A stretch of 58,275 bases of DNA, filler included, from Sphacelaria rigidula (GCA_964200075.2; 8 parts of 8 records of this genome joined end to end with filler, not necessarily neighbours in it); one strand, 5' to 3'. Shown: positions 1 through 13,128, counted from the first letter of the whole stretch. Made by a program: numbers and translations. The notes: generated by a model from the letters alone, not told the origin.

Positions 1-118
1 TGGTTTGAGTGTGAGCCTTGTCCAGCGAAAACCCGGCGTGCTCCGTCCCGGCTTTGTAGGGATGCGAGCTCAACGGTCTCATAATTATGACATGTATGAT
101 CATGAGTACACCCACCCC
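1..118 (+). mobile_element. 3' fragment of the ~700-bp non-coding repeat family
   Basis: GCGAAAACCCGGCGTGCTCCGTCCCGGCTTTGTAGGGATG...ATGAGTAC-CCC matches 36010-36220 (+) and 38198-38340 (-). Confidence 0.8.
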
Positions 119-338
119 AAACCAGTCCAAAACTGTTACGAAGAAAGTAGTCATGCAGCGTCTCATGTTTGGTTTCAGGCTGCATGAAGCGCCTACTTTG
201 AGCGTCATCGGCGGAAACGAAAACCACGAGAATTCCCAGCTGCTAGTTGTGCTCGTCTTTTTTCATTCCGATTCACGTGTAGATTGTGCCCCCCAAAACC
301 AGCCACGTTGTTTTGGCGGGGCTATTGTCGGAACTGTC
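110..338 (-). mobile_element. Diverged copy of MITE family A (one end missing)
   Basis: Reverse complement aligns to 18187-18434 (GAGCACAAC...GCTGGGAATT...ATGCAGCCTGAA); degenerate TIR GGGGCTATTGTCGGAACTGTC at 318-338. Confidence 0.7.
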
Positions 339-860
339 TTTGCAGAAACCAAGATCAAATCAAGGCGTGTCTACGTCGAGAGGGGCTGGAGAAGCAGAGC
401 CAACGAGAATGTGGTAAGACTCGTGCGTAAGTCGTGGGGGGGTTGATCAATAGACAGCGAGCCCGTAAGCGTGCCAAGAAAGCGGCGTAAATGATGCTCA
501 ATGGCGTCAGAAAAATCGCGAGTGGACTATTTGTGTGTCACATTCTTGAATCATGCTCATGATGTTGGACACAAACAATTGCTCTTTGCGTTGCCCAGAC
601 ATACGTCTTATGCGTCTTCGGGTGTGGTACACGGGAATGTGAAAGTAAAAATGTTCACGCAGCATGTGTCTGTCCAAGAGAACAGGCACGACAGTGCGCC
701 CGCGGAGAGCGCAGCAATCTGAGCACCCGCGCATTTGAAGCAACAACGCTGGGTAAGGGCCTGCACTGTTGGGGCGGCGAAGATGACAAAGTATGTGCTT
801 GTCGGAGAGAAAAGGCATGACACACACGTGGACATAGAGCACCCTGTGGGGCACGTCTAC

Positions 861-1025
861 AGGATTCAGGGAAACTGTACGGTGTATCTCGCGGGGATTT
901 GACGGGTGCTTTTTCGCGCCACACAGTACGCTTCACAGGGTTTCAGGGAAACTGTGTCGTGTTTCTCGCGGGGATTTGGCTGTAGGGAATTGTTTCGCGC
1001 CACACGGTACGCTTCACAGAGTTTC
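861..1025. repeat. Tandem duplication, ~78-bp unit x2
   Basis: TTCAGGGAAACTGT...TCTCGCGGGGATTTG...TTTCGCGCCACAC-GTACGCTTCACAG occurs twice. Confidence 0.85.
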
Positions 1026-3149
1026 GTCTCCCCGTGTACTGTTCATGGTTGTTAATATGCTGCACAGTACTTTTACGCTCATACAATATGCTCCACCTTA
1101 CAGTGCGGGCACGGCACTGGCGGAAAAGAACGGTCCAAGTATTACAGGGGTGGGTATCGAACCTGCGCTTGTGTGAACAAGAGGATACCGATCTGAACAT
1201 TGAATCACGTACGATTCGTTGTTAACCTGTCTGGCATTCTTGTGTTTCTAATGGATATCAAGCAAAACCTTCATAAACGGAAGCATGATTTCGTCGGGCA
1301 CGTAATTCTAAAATGGTTGCCTCTTGGGGAATTTGGGGAGGAAATGCTGTTCATGCAGGGTGTAAATTTACCTCTGGAGCTTGATCTTTATTGGGATCCC
1401 AGCAATCTTATACTTGAATATTGTAGTATAGACCATGACCCGACATATACAGGTCGATCGAACCATGCAACTAAAAATTGTAATAACCCATGCGACAACA
1501 CTTGTTCCCAGCTACCGTACAACCCTACTGCAGCAAAGAGCACGAGTTGGGCACAGGGATATAGATACACACTGCCGTGGTTGGGTATGATGTTTTTCTT
1601 GCTGGTGGAAACGTGAGCATATTTTTTCATGGTCGCGGCATCGCACGGCGACGGATCGAACCACGCGGGGTATAGCAGTATAGGGTGCGGGGAATATAAC
1701 CGCGCGACTTATATTGCATACACACACTCACCATAGTATGCATGCGCAGGCTGTACAAAGCTTCACGTTGTTCAAGCTCTTTTCACGTCGTAGTGTAGGT
1801 AGATAACATATATAGTCCTGCGCTGTCTATACTGTACTTTCCCCGCTTCCTTTCCACGCCCTACTTACTGCGTGCTGCAGTTGTGCGCAGCACATGTGCT
1901 TCATTCAATAAAATACGCGTGTGAACTGTAGTTCCGGACGGTATATAACACCCTCACATACCAAACCCAGCTGCAGCATCCACATTGCATAGCCATATGT
2001 AGTGCATATGCCGCGCTCACTTTGCAGTATATAGCACCTGACGTACAAGCATGGTGTGGCACTGCCCTGCATGTTATTGCATGTACGGTCCAGTATACAG
2101 TTTATTGTTGTGATCATGTATCCCCATCAAAGTATAGATTTCGCTCTTTAGTATATATAAACCGCGATGAGATTGGTTCGCGTGTTTGATTAAAAAAATC
2201 ATACATGGGTTTGTTTTCGTAGACATTGGACGATCGGGTTTTTATGAACTATGCGGGTACATGTGCGAGGTATATACCGTAACCCCATCATCACACCATG
2301 ACTGCAGCTCAGGCGTCGCTTCGGAGCACAGGTGTGTGGACGTACACTCGTAAGCAGGGTGTGGGATTTGTAAACAGCGAAAGCTGTTGAACAACTCCAT
2401 ATTTTGCCCCGATTGATCTATGAATTGTAGAATAAGATGATAAACTATTTTCAACATTTTTTTCTTCATCTCGAATTCCATCCGCGTATTACGGTGCAGT
2501 ATGTGCGACTTGCACAGCTCAGGCTGTTCGCAATGAGTTCTCTTTTTGCTCAAGCTCTGTATGAATTGGCGGGCAAAGTGATGATTTATTCCGAGCAGCT
2601 TCCCCTGTTCGAATTCCAAATCTGCCAGCGTGTATGGGATTTGTACAGCAGCAGAAGCTGTTCGAACTACATGCTCCTTTTGCCCCATTTAATTGTTCAA
2701 AAAAAGGATTTATTTCGGGCAGCTTCTCTAAATAAACAGTTCTACAGATTTTGTGACAAAATAATTTGGAGTTTTCGAATTGAGAGTGCCTGTTCACAGG
2801 GTTGCTCACAGAGTTGCTCACAGGGTTGCTTACAGTGTGTCGAGAAAAACGATATAAAAAGTGCTGGTAGAGGTATAAGGGCCTGCAAATGCCGTTCAGG
2901 GTTCTCACAAAGACTGTGAAGAACCCTGTGCAGCACGTCCAAAGGGTACTATCTGTCCACGTGCGCAGTTCGCCCGTCGAGATTGCATTGGTTCGAGCTC
3001 GCCCACTTCTGAAGCAACGACTCGGGGCAGCTTTCTGATTTGAAGGCCAAGAAGGTGACACAGCATCTGAGGGGGTAGACACGGTAGTGCGGCTGTTGAG
3101 TGTGCATTAATCGGAGCTCGCCCGCTGAAGCAACAACACGAGGTCATTT

Positions 3150-5520
3150 TGAAGGGCGCGAAGGTGACACAGCATATATATGTCCAAAGTGACACAGGGG
3201 GCAACACGAACTGTGAGAATACGGTAGTCGGTGCTGAATGGGCAGCTTCCGGTACTGATGGTGGGGCGAACAGGTCACACAGCGCTCGTCAGTATGAAGG
3301 GACACGCATGAGAGCGCAAGATGCAATACAGCTGCCGCTGTTGCCGTCAAGGAGCGAGCCGTGCAGGAGATGGCGGCTGAAGCAAGTATGGATGTATGTT
3401 CCTGCTGCTGCTCCTGTCGGTGATGGTGACAGGGCGGGATCTGCATGGCCCGATGAGCAAACGCTGACAGGCGAAGTTTCCAGTTGCTTGTTGCCGCCGG
3501 ACCAGTGCGTAGCTGGAGATACTCCTCGTATGATCGAAGCTGTACAGATGCGTTTTCTCTGTTCTGCGAGCGAGCTTAGCACGCTCGGGGCTATCTGCGT
3601 CAATGATATGGCGGGGGATCGTTCAGATAATACGCAGGGGTGTCTGCTTGAAGGAAAAGTGTATGTCGGGTTGACGGCGTTGCCGCTGGAGCAGCGTGTG
3701 GCTGAGGACACGCCTTGCATGCACGAAGCAGCAGGGGCGTGTGACCCGCTTAAAGCGGGTAAGCAGACTGAGCTTCAGGCTTGTGGTGCTATGAGCGATA
3801 CACAGTTCCAACAGCGACGTCGAGCATCGCGCCGTGTTGGGGTGGTCGTATGCACTGCTGTTTGCACGGACAGGTTTGGCGTGTGTGGCGACGATGGTTA
3901 AGATGTCTCTGCCGTTGTACGGTCAGGCGGTTAAGGAGGATGATGTGATATCATCGGAAGGTGATGCCGTTCTGGACTGTGTGGCTGTTCCCGCTTCGCC
4001 TCTCATTTCCTCTGTAAAACCGACTGGAGAACACTTGGGTAATAATACTGTGTGAATATTTGTTCGAGGGCTAAAGCAGACGATTTGTCGCACTGGTCTG
4101 AAGAGGCGAGTTTACCGTTAAGTGGGGCGCTGAGCGGCACCAAGGGGATGCCAGGTGTAACTAGACTGATGGTGCGAAGGTGGGTGTAGGCGAGGAAATG
4201 CTGCTCTATGGTGTGTGCGACGTTGAGGTTCAAGCGCTGCTGTTTCTTGGGCGCGGACTGGAGGATTACAAGGAAGGCATCACCCGAAATGCTTGATGTT
4301 TTGGCGAGCACCGGGTTGGGTGATCTTGAGGAGCGAGTGCTGTGTTGATATTTCAATCAGTGACAACGATACCTTCCGGGGAACTTGCACAATACCATGG
4401 TCGGGTATTCCGTGGAAGTTTCCGCTAAAAGGTTCTCATCTGTAGGAGTATCCCGCGGGTCGTTTATGAGAGCTTCGGGTGATCGGCTTGATGTTCAGTT
4501 CCAGTCGTTATTGACTACAGTTGTCAACCCCCTATTGGGTTACTTCTTTTGTTCTCGACCTTCATGTCACCATGCCTGGGCCACAAGCCCTCGCTAGATT
4601 GAGATATGAGTTGCCGGGACCATAATCGATTGTCGAACATGCTAGCGATTTTTCGGTAGACCGTGCGGACTGACCACCCGTACAGTGATTATTAGAGTCA
4701 AGGATGCAGAGGGAGATAGCGCTTCTACTGTATATTGGAAGAAGAGCTGAGTCGACACTTTCACTGAATGCCGTTGACGCAGTGGAGAAACAGTGGTCAG
4801 GACATATCCAAGGCGTCGGCTGCACGAGGTCTTCTACACCGGACGGCGCGCCAGTAGTTCGTCGGTGTAGAAGAGGTTTCGTCTTTGAACGTATTGGCAT
4901 ACATTACTGACGAAGAGCTGGAGTTCTCCAAGCTCAAGCGGGAGATAGACGGGATGGCTGCCCGTGTCTTCCAACAAAATCTTGAAGTCCGATCAGCCAC
5001 TGGGTGAGCGGAGTGATTGGGTGTTGTACGTGAGGATTGAAGACCCGTCATAGCTGATGCTTTAAACAATCGTCGGAGCAGCAGGGATTTGAGGGATTCA
5101 TACTGCTGATATCTCGTGCGGGCGTGCACTTGATAAGATGTTTGGCTGCTGTGGGTACTTCCAGTACTACATAGCGGCTGGTCAGCGGTACATGATGCTC
5201 AGGACGCCGTGCATTTCTGTAGCCTCTGATGAGAGCTACTCCAATTCTATCACAAAGAAAGTGCCTGTTTTTCATTATGAGAGCACGTTCATGTCTGTGT
5301 AGTGGCACTGCAATTCTCAAGTTCCTGTTTGGATATTGAAGCTCAAGCGGACACTTGGCAGAATGAGGAGTGATTGTTTTGCTGAGGTAGGTCAGGGTAT
5401 GAACAAGAAAGCTATACCGCGCATCACGGCTGATAGTCTATACGACGCTGTTCCATGTTCCCCTCGAGCATGCGCTTCCATACGGAACACGTGTAACCAA
5501 GGTCCAACTCTTGGAGGTGG
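3150..5520 (+). mobile_element. Possible highly decayed Ty3/Gypsy pol relic
   Basis: Faint motifs in the expected order but across broken frames: MVGY..(RFSS) near 4398 resembling RT-thumb GMVGYYR, and TVRTDH at ~4660-4677 resembling the Gypsy RNaseH motif; no intact RT YxDD, LTR pair or integrase seen. Confidence 0.3.
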
Positions 5521-6930
5521 GGGTGTGCACACGGGATCGTTTTTGATGGAAGATGACCAACGATCAAGTCAAATCCTCTACTGCACCACGATCTTCGTTG
5601 CAACGAGAAATAAAGGAGAGATGAGATTCAGCATATTCGTGCAGCACCCCCTTTTCTCGTTTTGTTGGCGGAGGAAGAAATGGAAGAGAAAAAATGGGGT
5701 GAGTAGGCCGTTGATGCCAGCTCGTTTGAGACGTTGCGTCGCTGCTCCAGTGCCATCGTGAGAAAGGTGGAACAGACACCAGTAGATTGTGGTTTGCTGT
5801 GTTTGGTTTCTGTTCATATTCTTCGCTATGAGTGAGGCAATGATGAGTACTTCGATTGGCTCTGGACACCTGGTGTCATGAGCACTGGAGTGTGTTTCAG
5901 TCTTTGCCGTAGTTTTTGTTGTTCAGGCGAGTTCACGTTCCAAAACATTATGCTCCGAGATATTGAGATGTAGGGCTTGGAAATCACCGATGCGCCTGTT
6001 CTGGTTTGAGCCCTAGAAATCTCAGGTTCTGTTTACGAGATGAAAGTTTGAGCGTGTTGGGCATGAACCACCCACGCTGCTTTAAGGGGCGTGGACGATT
6101 TGTAGGGTACTTCGCAGCACAATGTGCATTTGCCTGGGCCAACGTTCAAGACAAGCTGTGGTATTTGACGACGAAAAGAAATCATGTAGGGCACGTGGGA
6201 ATCGCCCCGTTTTCCCCCTGAGAATTAGATATTTTTGTTGAAAATGTTGACCGAAGTCTGGGTGTATTAACTAGTTTTAAACTTGCGGAGAAGTGCGTCT
6301 GACATAATTCACTGTTTTTCATGCCTGCCTATATTCTTATATGACGGCGCCTGTGCTTACTGTGCATCTTCTATACCCGTGGTAAAGCGAGGGGGGAGGG
6401 GGGGGGGGAGTACTGGGATTCATTTCCCTACGGCTAGAGGCTGAAAGTTGGACTTTGGCTTTTGAACTGAGGATTCTGGCAATAGTGCGACTGCAACGAG
6501 ACGCGCGGTATCAGTTCATTGTGCGAGAAAATACATTTCCCCAGCATGTTTGTTTACGCAGTAATCGTGTCCATTGGTCTGCTCTCTTTCCCCGGTCTTG
6601 CTTGATGCAGGGATTGGGGAAGAAACGTTCCTGACGTTCCCATGACCACACCCGCGACATTGATGATGTTGGCTACTTCAAGCGGCAGCAATGCCGTGTA
6701 GGGTACAGGTGGCGACAGCGCTCGAGAAATGACCAGTTAAAAAACCGAGGCTGAAAGAAATCAGATTTTAATAAATTGATACTAAATATTCTGCTCAGAT
6801 GGGAGCGAAAATAAGGATAAGAAATTGAAGGATGTAAGAGGCTCAGCGGACAAGAAATTTGTCATCGACACTGCAGCCTTGAGAAATGAGAAACTGGTCC
6901 CACACCCATCAGCCCCTCGACGCTAGAAGA

Positions 6931-7170
6931 GTTATCCTACGATAGGGTGGGGGGAGGTATTTCGTTGCACGAAAAATGGGGCTCATAGGTGTGTCAGACG
7001 ACCTGCCACACTCGCGGTGCGCTTGTCGGTGTCAGGCAGTATGAATGAGCGTTATACATCTATACCAAGCTCGTTCGAACAACCGTTGCTGCTTTCAACG
7101 ACGATTTCACTCGGAATTTCGTGCAAGAAATGGCCCGAAATACCCCCCCCCCCCCCCCCCCCCCCCAGCC
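6931..7170 (+). mobile_element. Repeat family B (MITE-like), terminus GT(C/T)ATCCTACGATAGGG
   Basis: Body matches 29250-29460 (-); the reverse-complement terminus CCCCCCTATCGTAGGATGAC is at 43864-43883. Confidence 0.6.
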
Positions 7171-7198
7171 CCTCCTCGCGCCCCCGGGGGTTCTAGAG

Positions 7199-7298
7199 NN
7201 NNNNNNNNNNNNNNNNNNNNNNNNNNNNNNNNNNNNNNNNNNTTAATTAATTAANNNNNNNNNNNNNNNNNNNNNNNNNNNNNNNNNNNNNNNNNNNN
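7199..7298. other. Artificial contig-joining spacer
   Basis: 44 N + TTAATTAATTAA (stops in all six frames) + 44 N; identical copies recur every ~7297 nt. Confidence 0.99.
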
Positions 7299-9000
7299 GG
7301 TGACGCCCTAGCCCCGGCACGTTTATGGCCGGCAGGTAGATGTCGTGGGCCGTGCCGCGGTCGTCGATGGCGCTCACGGTGAGAGTGCCCATGCTGACTC
7401 CGGCGAGAGTGTTGTTGCCGGCGACGACGATCGCCACCGGCGGGTCGAGCCGGACGAAGTCGGACATGCGCGATGCGATGTCCTTGATAAGGTGGCTGTC
7501 AACGAAGTGTGACGAAGCTCCGCAGTCCGACGTCATGGTTAACTGGACTGGGTCTGGAGTAGGTGAGCCAGCTGCCAGGAAAGAGTAGCCAATGCCGGAC
7601 GGGAGGGCTGGTAGATAGGCTGTTATATGGTGCAGTCGTCGCTGACGGCGCGGGCGTAGCCGCTGCCGCTGGAGGTGGAGCCGGGGGTGGAGCTGTTGCT
7701 GTAGTCGTAGAGTCCACGGTGACAGCGTGTTGGCCTGACCTGAGGTCGATCCTCCGCCACTCCGGCGTCCGTTGTTGTTGCTGCGGTTCCGGCCTCCGCC
7801 GCCGTTGCTGCCGCCGCCGCCGCCGCCGCCGCAGTTGTTATTGTTGTTATTCTGGCCTCCGCCGCCGTTGCTGCCGCCGCCGTTGCGACCGACTCCGTCG
7901 GTCTCGTTGGAGCCGCCGTTTCTTTGCCGTAGCTGCTTCGTGCAGTCGGCGTTGTTGTGGAGATGCGTTTTGTGGTAGCTGCACCACCAGTTGCTTCTCC
8001 GGCCAGATGTGGATGACGAGCCAGCGTCGCGATCGCGTTGCAGGATAAAACAGGACGATTTATTATGTCCAGGCTTGTTGCAGTAATCGCACGTGCCCCG
8101 AAACGATGGAGTCGCAGTCATGGCGGACTCGCGCCCTTTTGTGCGCGATGGCGCCGACAATTCGCCGCGCGCCACACGACTGGCGAACATGTTCCGAGCA
8201 GTGGTCTCGATCTCTTCGAGCGTCATCTCGGGGTCCCTCTCCGCCGCAAAGCGAAGTGTCCGGTATTCACCAGTCAGGCCCTCGAGAATGAGGTCCTGCA
8301 TGCGAGCGTCCGATACGGGCTCGTTGATCTGTTCGAGCTCGTCCCGCTTTTGATGTAAGGCCAGGATGTACTCGTCCGGGTCTTGATTGGGCGCTATAAG
8401 ATGTTGCTGGAAATCCCGCATCAAAATGCGCCCTCTTTGTGACGAAGAATTGAGGTATTTCTTGTTCAGAGCAATCCACGCAGCTTGGCCGTTCGGCTTT
8501 TGGCCCTCGCGCGCGGCAAGGCTACTGACGAAGCTGTTGGCCGCTCCCTTGGTGGACAGCAGGAGGACGCTGAAGAGCTGCCTGTTGTAGCCATCCCAAG
8601 CGTCCAGATCTGTTTGGTTGCTGATCGTCGTATCGGCGAACAGGTCGTCGGTAGGGACTGTTGACGCGGGAATTTCCGCGGAGCGCCCGCCGGGCAGGCC
8701 GCCCTCAGCTCCGCTGGCCTCGGTTTCTCCGGTCCTCCTGGAGTCAGCGCTGGTGCCGGTGTCGCCCCCTGAGCCTCTCGTCCTGCGGGTTGAGACGGCT
8801 GGGGTGGTCGCAGTCCTCTGCAGAGTCCTGCGCTCGTAGGTGACGGCGGGTCGAGGCTCGCCGTCCAGAATCCGAGAAATTTCGGGATGAAGAAGGTCAG
8901 CCGTTGCGCGGAGTGTCCTCCGCCACGGCACGAAGTGGTGACCATCGAACTTGCTGATACTCCTGGTCAGTTGAATAGCCGCCGAAGTGGACTCCCCCAT
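7299..9000 (-). CDS. Ty1/Copia gag-pol N-terminal part (Gag, zinc knuckles, aspartic protease), cut off by contig end
   Basis: Long open frame: Copia Gag KFDGHHFVPW and GLTGEY motifs, CCHC knuckle CDYCNKPGHNKSSC, second motif WCSYHKTHLHNNADC, protease DCGASSHF; PBS and LTR upstream. Confidence 0.93.
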
Positions 9001-9178
9001 TATAGGCACTGGCGGTTGAACTAGAAGTAGTCGAAGATGGAGATGATATCTCGTCGAAATTGTTCTAGACGAAAATCTCCGGAGAATTGCGGTGGTCCTC
9101 GGAGGTGCTCCCTCGGAGGATGCGGCTTGAAGTGACGGACCTAGAAGAACGTCGATGCGGTGTGCTGATCACGATCGA

Positions 9179-9189
9179 GGCTCATAACC
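9179..9189 (-). promoter_or_regulatory. Copia primer-binding site (internal half-tRNA-iMet type)
   Basis: GGTTATGAGCC directly after the LTR-terminal CA, like the GGTTATGGGCCC PBS class of Copia elements. Confidence 0.85.
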
Positions 9190-9852
9190 TGAAAGAACGA
9201 GGTAGTTCTTGATGTGGCGTGATATCTCAAGGAGATGCACAGAGCCAGCACGAAGTGGCGGTAAAGCACACTTGCTTGTCGAAAAGACTGATGTTGGAAA
9301 TTGGCGCATATGTGGCCGAGAATCTCAGTGAAGAGAGTGAAGAAGAAAAACAGAGTGAGAGGGTGTGGGGGCAACCCACAAGTACCGTCGGATCAATGCG
9401 CTACGCCTAAGTTCTTACTTATGAGAAGATTCTTACTTATGAGAATCTTATAATAAGAATCTTCTTACTTATGAGAATGTTCCTACTTATGAGAATCCTA
9501 CGACTTTACATTAACCCGACAGAACTCTAGAACAAAGTAATGAGAATCCTAGAACTTTACATTAATCCGACAGAGGCGGAAGCTCCGGAAACAATCTTAG
9601 AACAGTTGCAATCCTCTGAGGATGCGGAAGTTGTACTTCTATTTACCCGATATGAGCGACTATCGAAATAAGAGACCAACAACAACAAATCTGTTGTTCT
9701 AATAGAAGATACAGATATACAACGTGTTCTGGATAGTCGATGGGTGATACAGTATGGTTGATGTTTGCACATCGACTGACCATGTGCACGATGGATAGTA
9801 TTCCCGGAACGTTCGTTGGATGGAGGATATCCGATCTTTGGTTTTTGTATCA
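9190..9852 (-). mobile_element. Copia 5' LTR (outer boundary uncertain)
   Basis: Ends ...TCTTTCA next to the PBS; candidate start TGATACA at 9852 (5/7 inverted match to the end); internal CTTACTTATGAGAA tandem repeats at ~9412-9500. Confidence 0.6.
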
Positions 9853-12800
9853 CTATTAGTTACGGATGTAAGTCCTGCGTAAGGTAGTTATACTGGCGCC
9901 CCGAGCGCATCTGAGCTCACGTCATTTTGAGCCCAGGGTAACATTAGCAATGCCGCCGTTGCTCTGATCCCCAAGTGAGTCCTTATCAGAGAGTTTGTGG
10001 TCTCTGGTTCGTATTGTGAATTAGAAGGATATAATCTTTTTTGTTCGTGGGAACACCTGGATTCAACTGCTACTGCTGTTGTTGGATGTCTATTGATTTA
10101 CTGCACCCTGGTGTGCGCTTTGCGAACTAGCACCCACAGCTTGAGCCTCTGTTCGTGAGAACATCAGGGCAAAGGCGGACTGAGGCTGCCTCCTCTAAGG
10201 CGTCTAGCCATAAGTTCAAAATATATGGGGTTTCAGCTTGTAGCGATCAAGCTCTTGTTGTGTGCTGCCTACTGCATTGCAAGATGTTCTTGACTGCTCC
10301 CCCGAGGGTGTCTCCTGCATATAATACTTCCGTTTAATGGCCTGTTTCAGCCCCGCGGCTCAATTTTGTTCTCTTCCCTCGTGCTCTTGTACGCTGGTTT
10401 GTCCTGGAATGCCGCCTGCAGCAGTAACACTAGTAATAGAGCGCACTACTGTGCCGCCTCCGTTGAGAATTTTCTGGTGTGTCGTGTCGACTGTTTTGAC
10501 AGCCATGCTTATGTGCGTATCATGCGTGTGCTAGAGCAGTCAGTCGCCCTTTTGGTACCAAGCGTTTTTCATTTTTCTTACGTGCGGGTGTGATGTTGTT
10601 ACAATTGCACGTATTTTCTTTTCTCGTCTTTGGAGCTCCTTGTGCACACTTTCGCCCCTGGCTGCCGCCGACACAAGTAAACATCGTAGCGTCAGTGGGC
10701 ACCCCCGCGCTCGCTATTGTATATAGTGTGCTATGGCTTTGTGGATTCTGTACCTGCTGTGATCGTTCCGTTGCTGTCTACCCCGTTTCCGGCGCAAAAC
10801 AGCACGTGTACAAATGTTTTCAGGTCCGAACAAAAGAGCCCCAAGTGGGCTGTGTCGAGGTCTGTATCAGAGCATCGAGGTTCATCACCGTGCGCCACTA
10901 CCCGACTTTCGCTCAGATTGTGCACCACGCAACACTCGACTTTTCATTTCTATATATCAGCACCGGCCACATTCCTCTTGCCTCCAGTTTATTCGGCTCG
11001 CCTGGATAAACATGTGTGCAGCACAAGACCGTGTCAGTGTTGGAGTCACCCCCCGTGCGTGCGGCGTAATATAGAGTACAGTTCGGTTGCTGTACACAAC
11101 TTTGTACGATTGTTCGTGTGATGCCGCGAAAGCACAGCATCGCTGCCCATATTGATGGTCGTGGTGGGAAAAATCCACCACACGATCACTTCGCCGAGAA
11201 CGCCGAGGTTAGTTTGTGTGCAGTATTCCTTTTGCTCCGTTCCTATACTCTCCTATGAGAACATGCGGAGTAACTACACACATATGTGCACGTTCTTGGG
11301 TAACCTGTCTGTTTCCTGTGCACATTTCACACGTTTTGTTTCGTTTTTGTTTTCTTTCGTGGCAGCATTGGATGCTGCACTTTTCGGCATCGCTGTCAAC
11401 AACTCTCATCTAGTGGTGGATCTGCTGGTATTTTTGAGTGGCCTATTCACTGTGGCCTGCAAGTTTCCATAGCCCATGCCCACGGTCGTGATCAAATCGA
11501 TATCCTGGTCGAAACACCGACGTTGTGGTTACGAATACTTTGGTTCCATGTACTCTCCAGTACTGAACTCTCTCTGAACTTTCTGTAGTGCGCAGGGTAA
11601 CTTGAAACACTGCACTTGGTGCACGATTGGAAGAGTATTTTTTTGTGCTCGTCTTGAAATACCTTGCACTACAGTACAGTAAATTGGAGACGGGTCGTGC
11701 CCATAAAACATTTCTGTCATGGTTCCGATACGGTCCACCAACCCCGCACCACGATCCGTTCAGCGATAGGTGTGCCTGCCCTCGATATCTTATCTTTTCG
11801 TCGCCGGAGTGTTTCAATTGAATTGTCGCAGGCATGTGGTACGGCTGCAGTCGAGTGTCACATCTTATTGACTACGTACACGTGTTCGGGTAATTTGGCT
11901 CTACAGGACATATGCACTACGGTAGAAACACCGTCTCCGAATTGGACCACGATCGATAGACAAATGCGGCCACCGCCAGTAGTCTGTAACACTAAACGAT
12001 GTTCGGTCGCCTTTTTCTTCTTGGAGTTGATCACACGAGTACTGCCCTTCCGGTTGAGTACCATAGATAGCGTTTCCTCACGCAACCCTCGTGTTGGAGC
12101 AACACTAGCTCCACTTCATGCAAGTATTTTATACACACATGGGTTCAGGGGCAGTACTATTTTCACCCTGCAGGTGTGCGCCCCGCTTCCCGAGTGTTGT
12201 GATTTTTTTCTCCAATGGCTTTTCGACACCAGTACACATTGTAGCATGCGTCACACAGCCCAGTCTGCTGGGGATGTGTCGCCGCTTTCGTTCCGTAGTC
12301 TGTGCATCAAACATCTTTATCCCCATCACTAATTGCGCTTTCAAGCAGCGCATACAGATTGTGGTGCTTGGATCGATATCCTGTTCGAGCCACTGGCTCT
12401 TCGGTTCGAAGTATCTCAGTTTCCACACACGGTACACCAGCATGCAAACGTCCCGCTCTCCCACTTTCGTAGTGAGGGTGCAATTCGAGAGGGCGCTGGT
12501 AAAGTATGGGAAACTTGGTACTGACTACACCATGCGCGCGGACAATGTCCGAACCAAACGTGTCGCATATTCCATTGCATTCCACCTCTGCACCTACGCA
12601 TCATACGGACGGGTGTTTTTCAATTTCGGGTTGTTCCCCCATGTGCCTCAAGCTGTATGTCAAGGCATGTATTGCATACACTTCCTCGACATACCGCTCG
12701 AACTCTATTGAACCTACCATCAGCGTGATAAACATCCCTCCAACGCATATGGGTAATACAGTGGTATTTTGTTTCAACACCACCACTACGGTATTTTAAA

Positions 12801-12984
12801 TCGATACCTCTGAATGCCTTGCATCGATGAATTTGCATCGCGATACTTCTCTGAAGTGAGGGCCCCACAGGTTGTTTCGGTGAGGTTCCAAACGCCCTTA
12901 CCAGCAGCCCCATGTGCTCCCATACACACTAGACTGTATCCAGTACCACCGTAGCCAGCCCAGAAATTAGCGCCCTGCGCACCA

Positions 12985-13128
12985 CCAAAAACGTTGTTCT
13001 GACAACTCCGTGTACCACCCGACAATTTTCACTGAAACCCGTCTGGAGTACAAAACGCTGTCTGACACACTGACACACTCCGTGTACCACCCGACACATT
13101 TTCACTGAAACCTGTCTGGAGTACCAAA
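12985..13128. repeat. Tandem duplication, ~73-bp unit x2
   Basis: ACTCCGTGTACCACCCGACA...TTTTCACTGAAACC-GTCTGGAGTAC occurs twice. Confidence 0.85.

Noticed and set aside
7243-7254. TTAATTAATTAA recurring at regular ~7.3-kb spacing as a biological repeat or CRISPR-like array
   Set aside because: It is always centred in 44+44 N, so it is a synthetic stop-codon linker. ORFs ending in X...LIN are artefacts.
11300-12600. Exon-like minus-strand pieces (DIDLITTVGMGYGNLQ..., LVDRIGTMTEMFYGHDP...)
   Set aside because: There are stops or poor acceptors, no consistent splice chain and no recognisable family.
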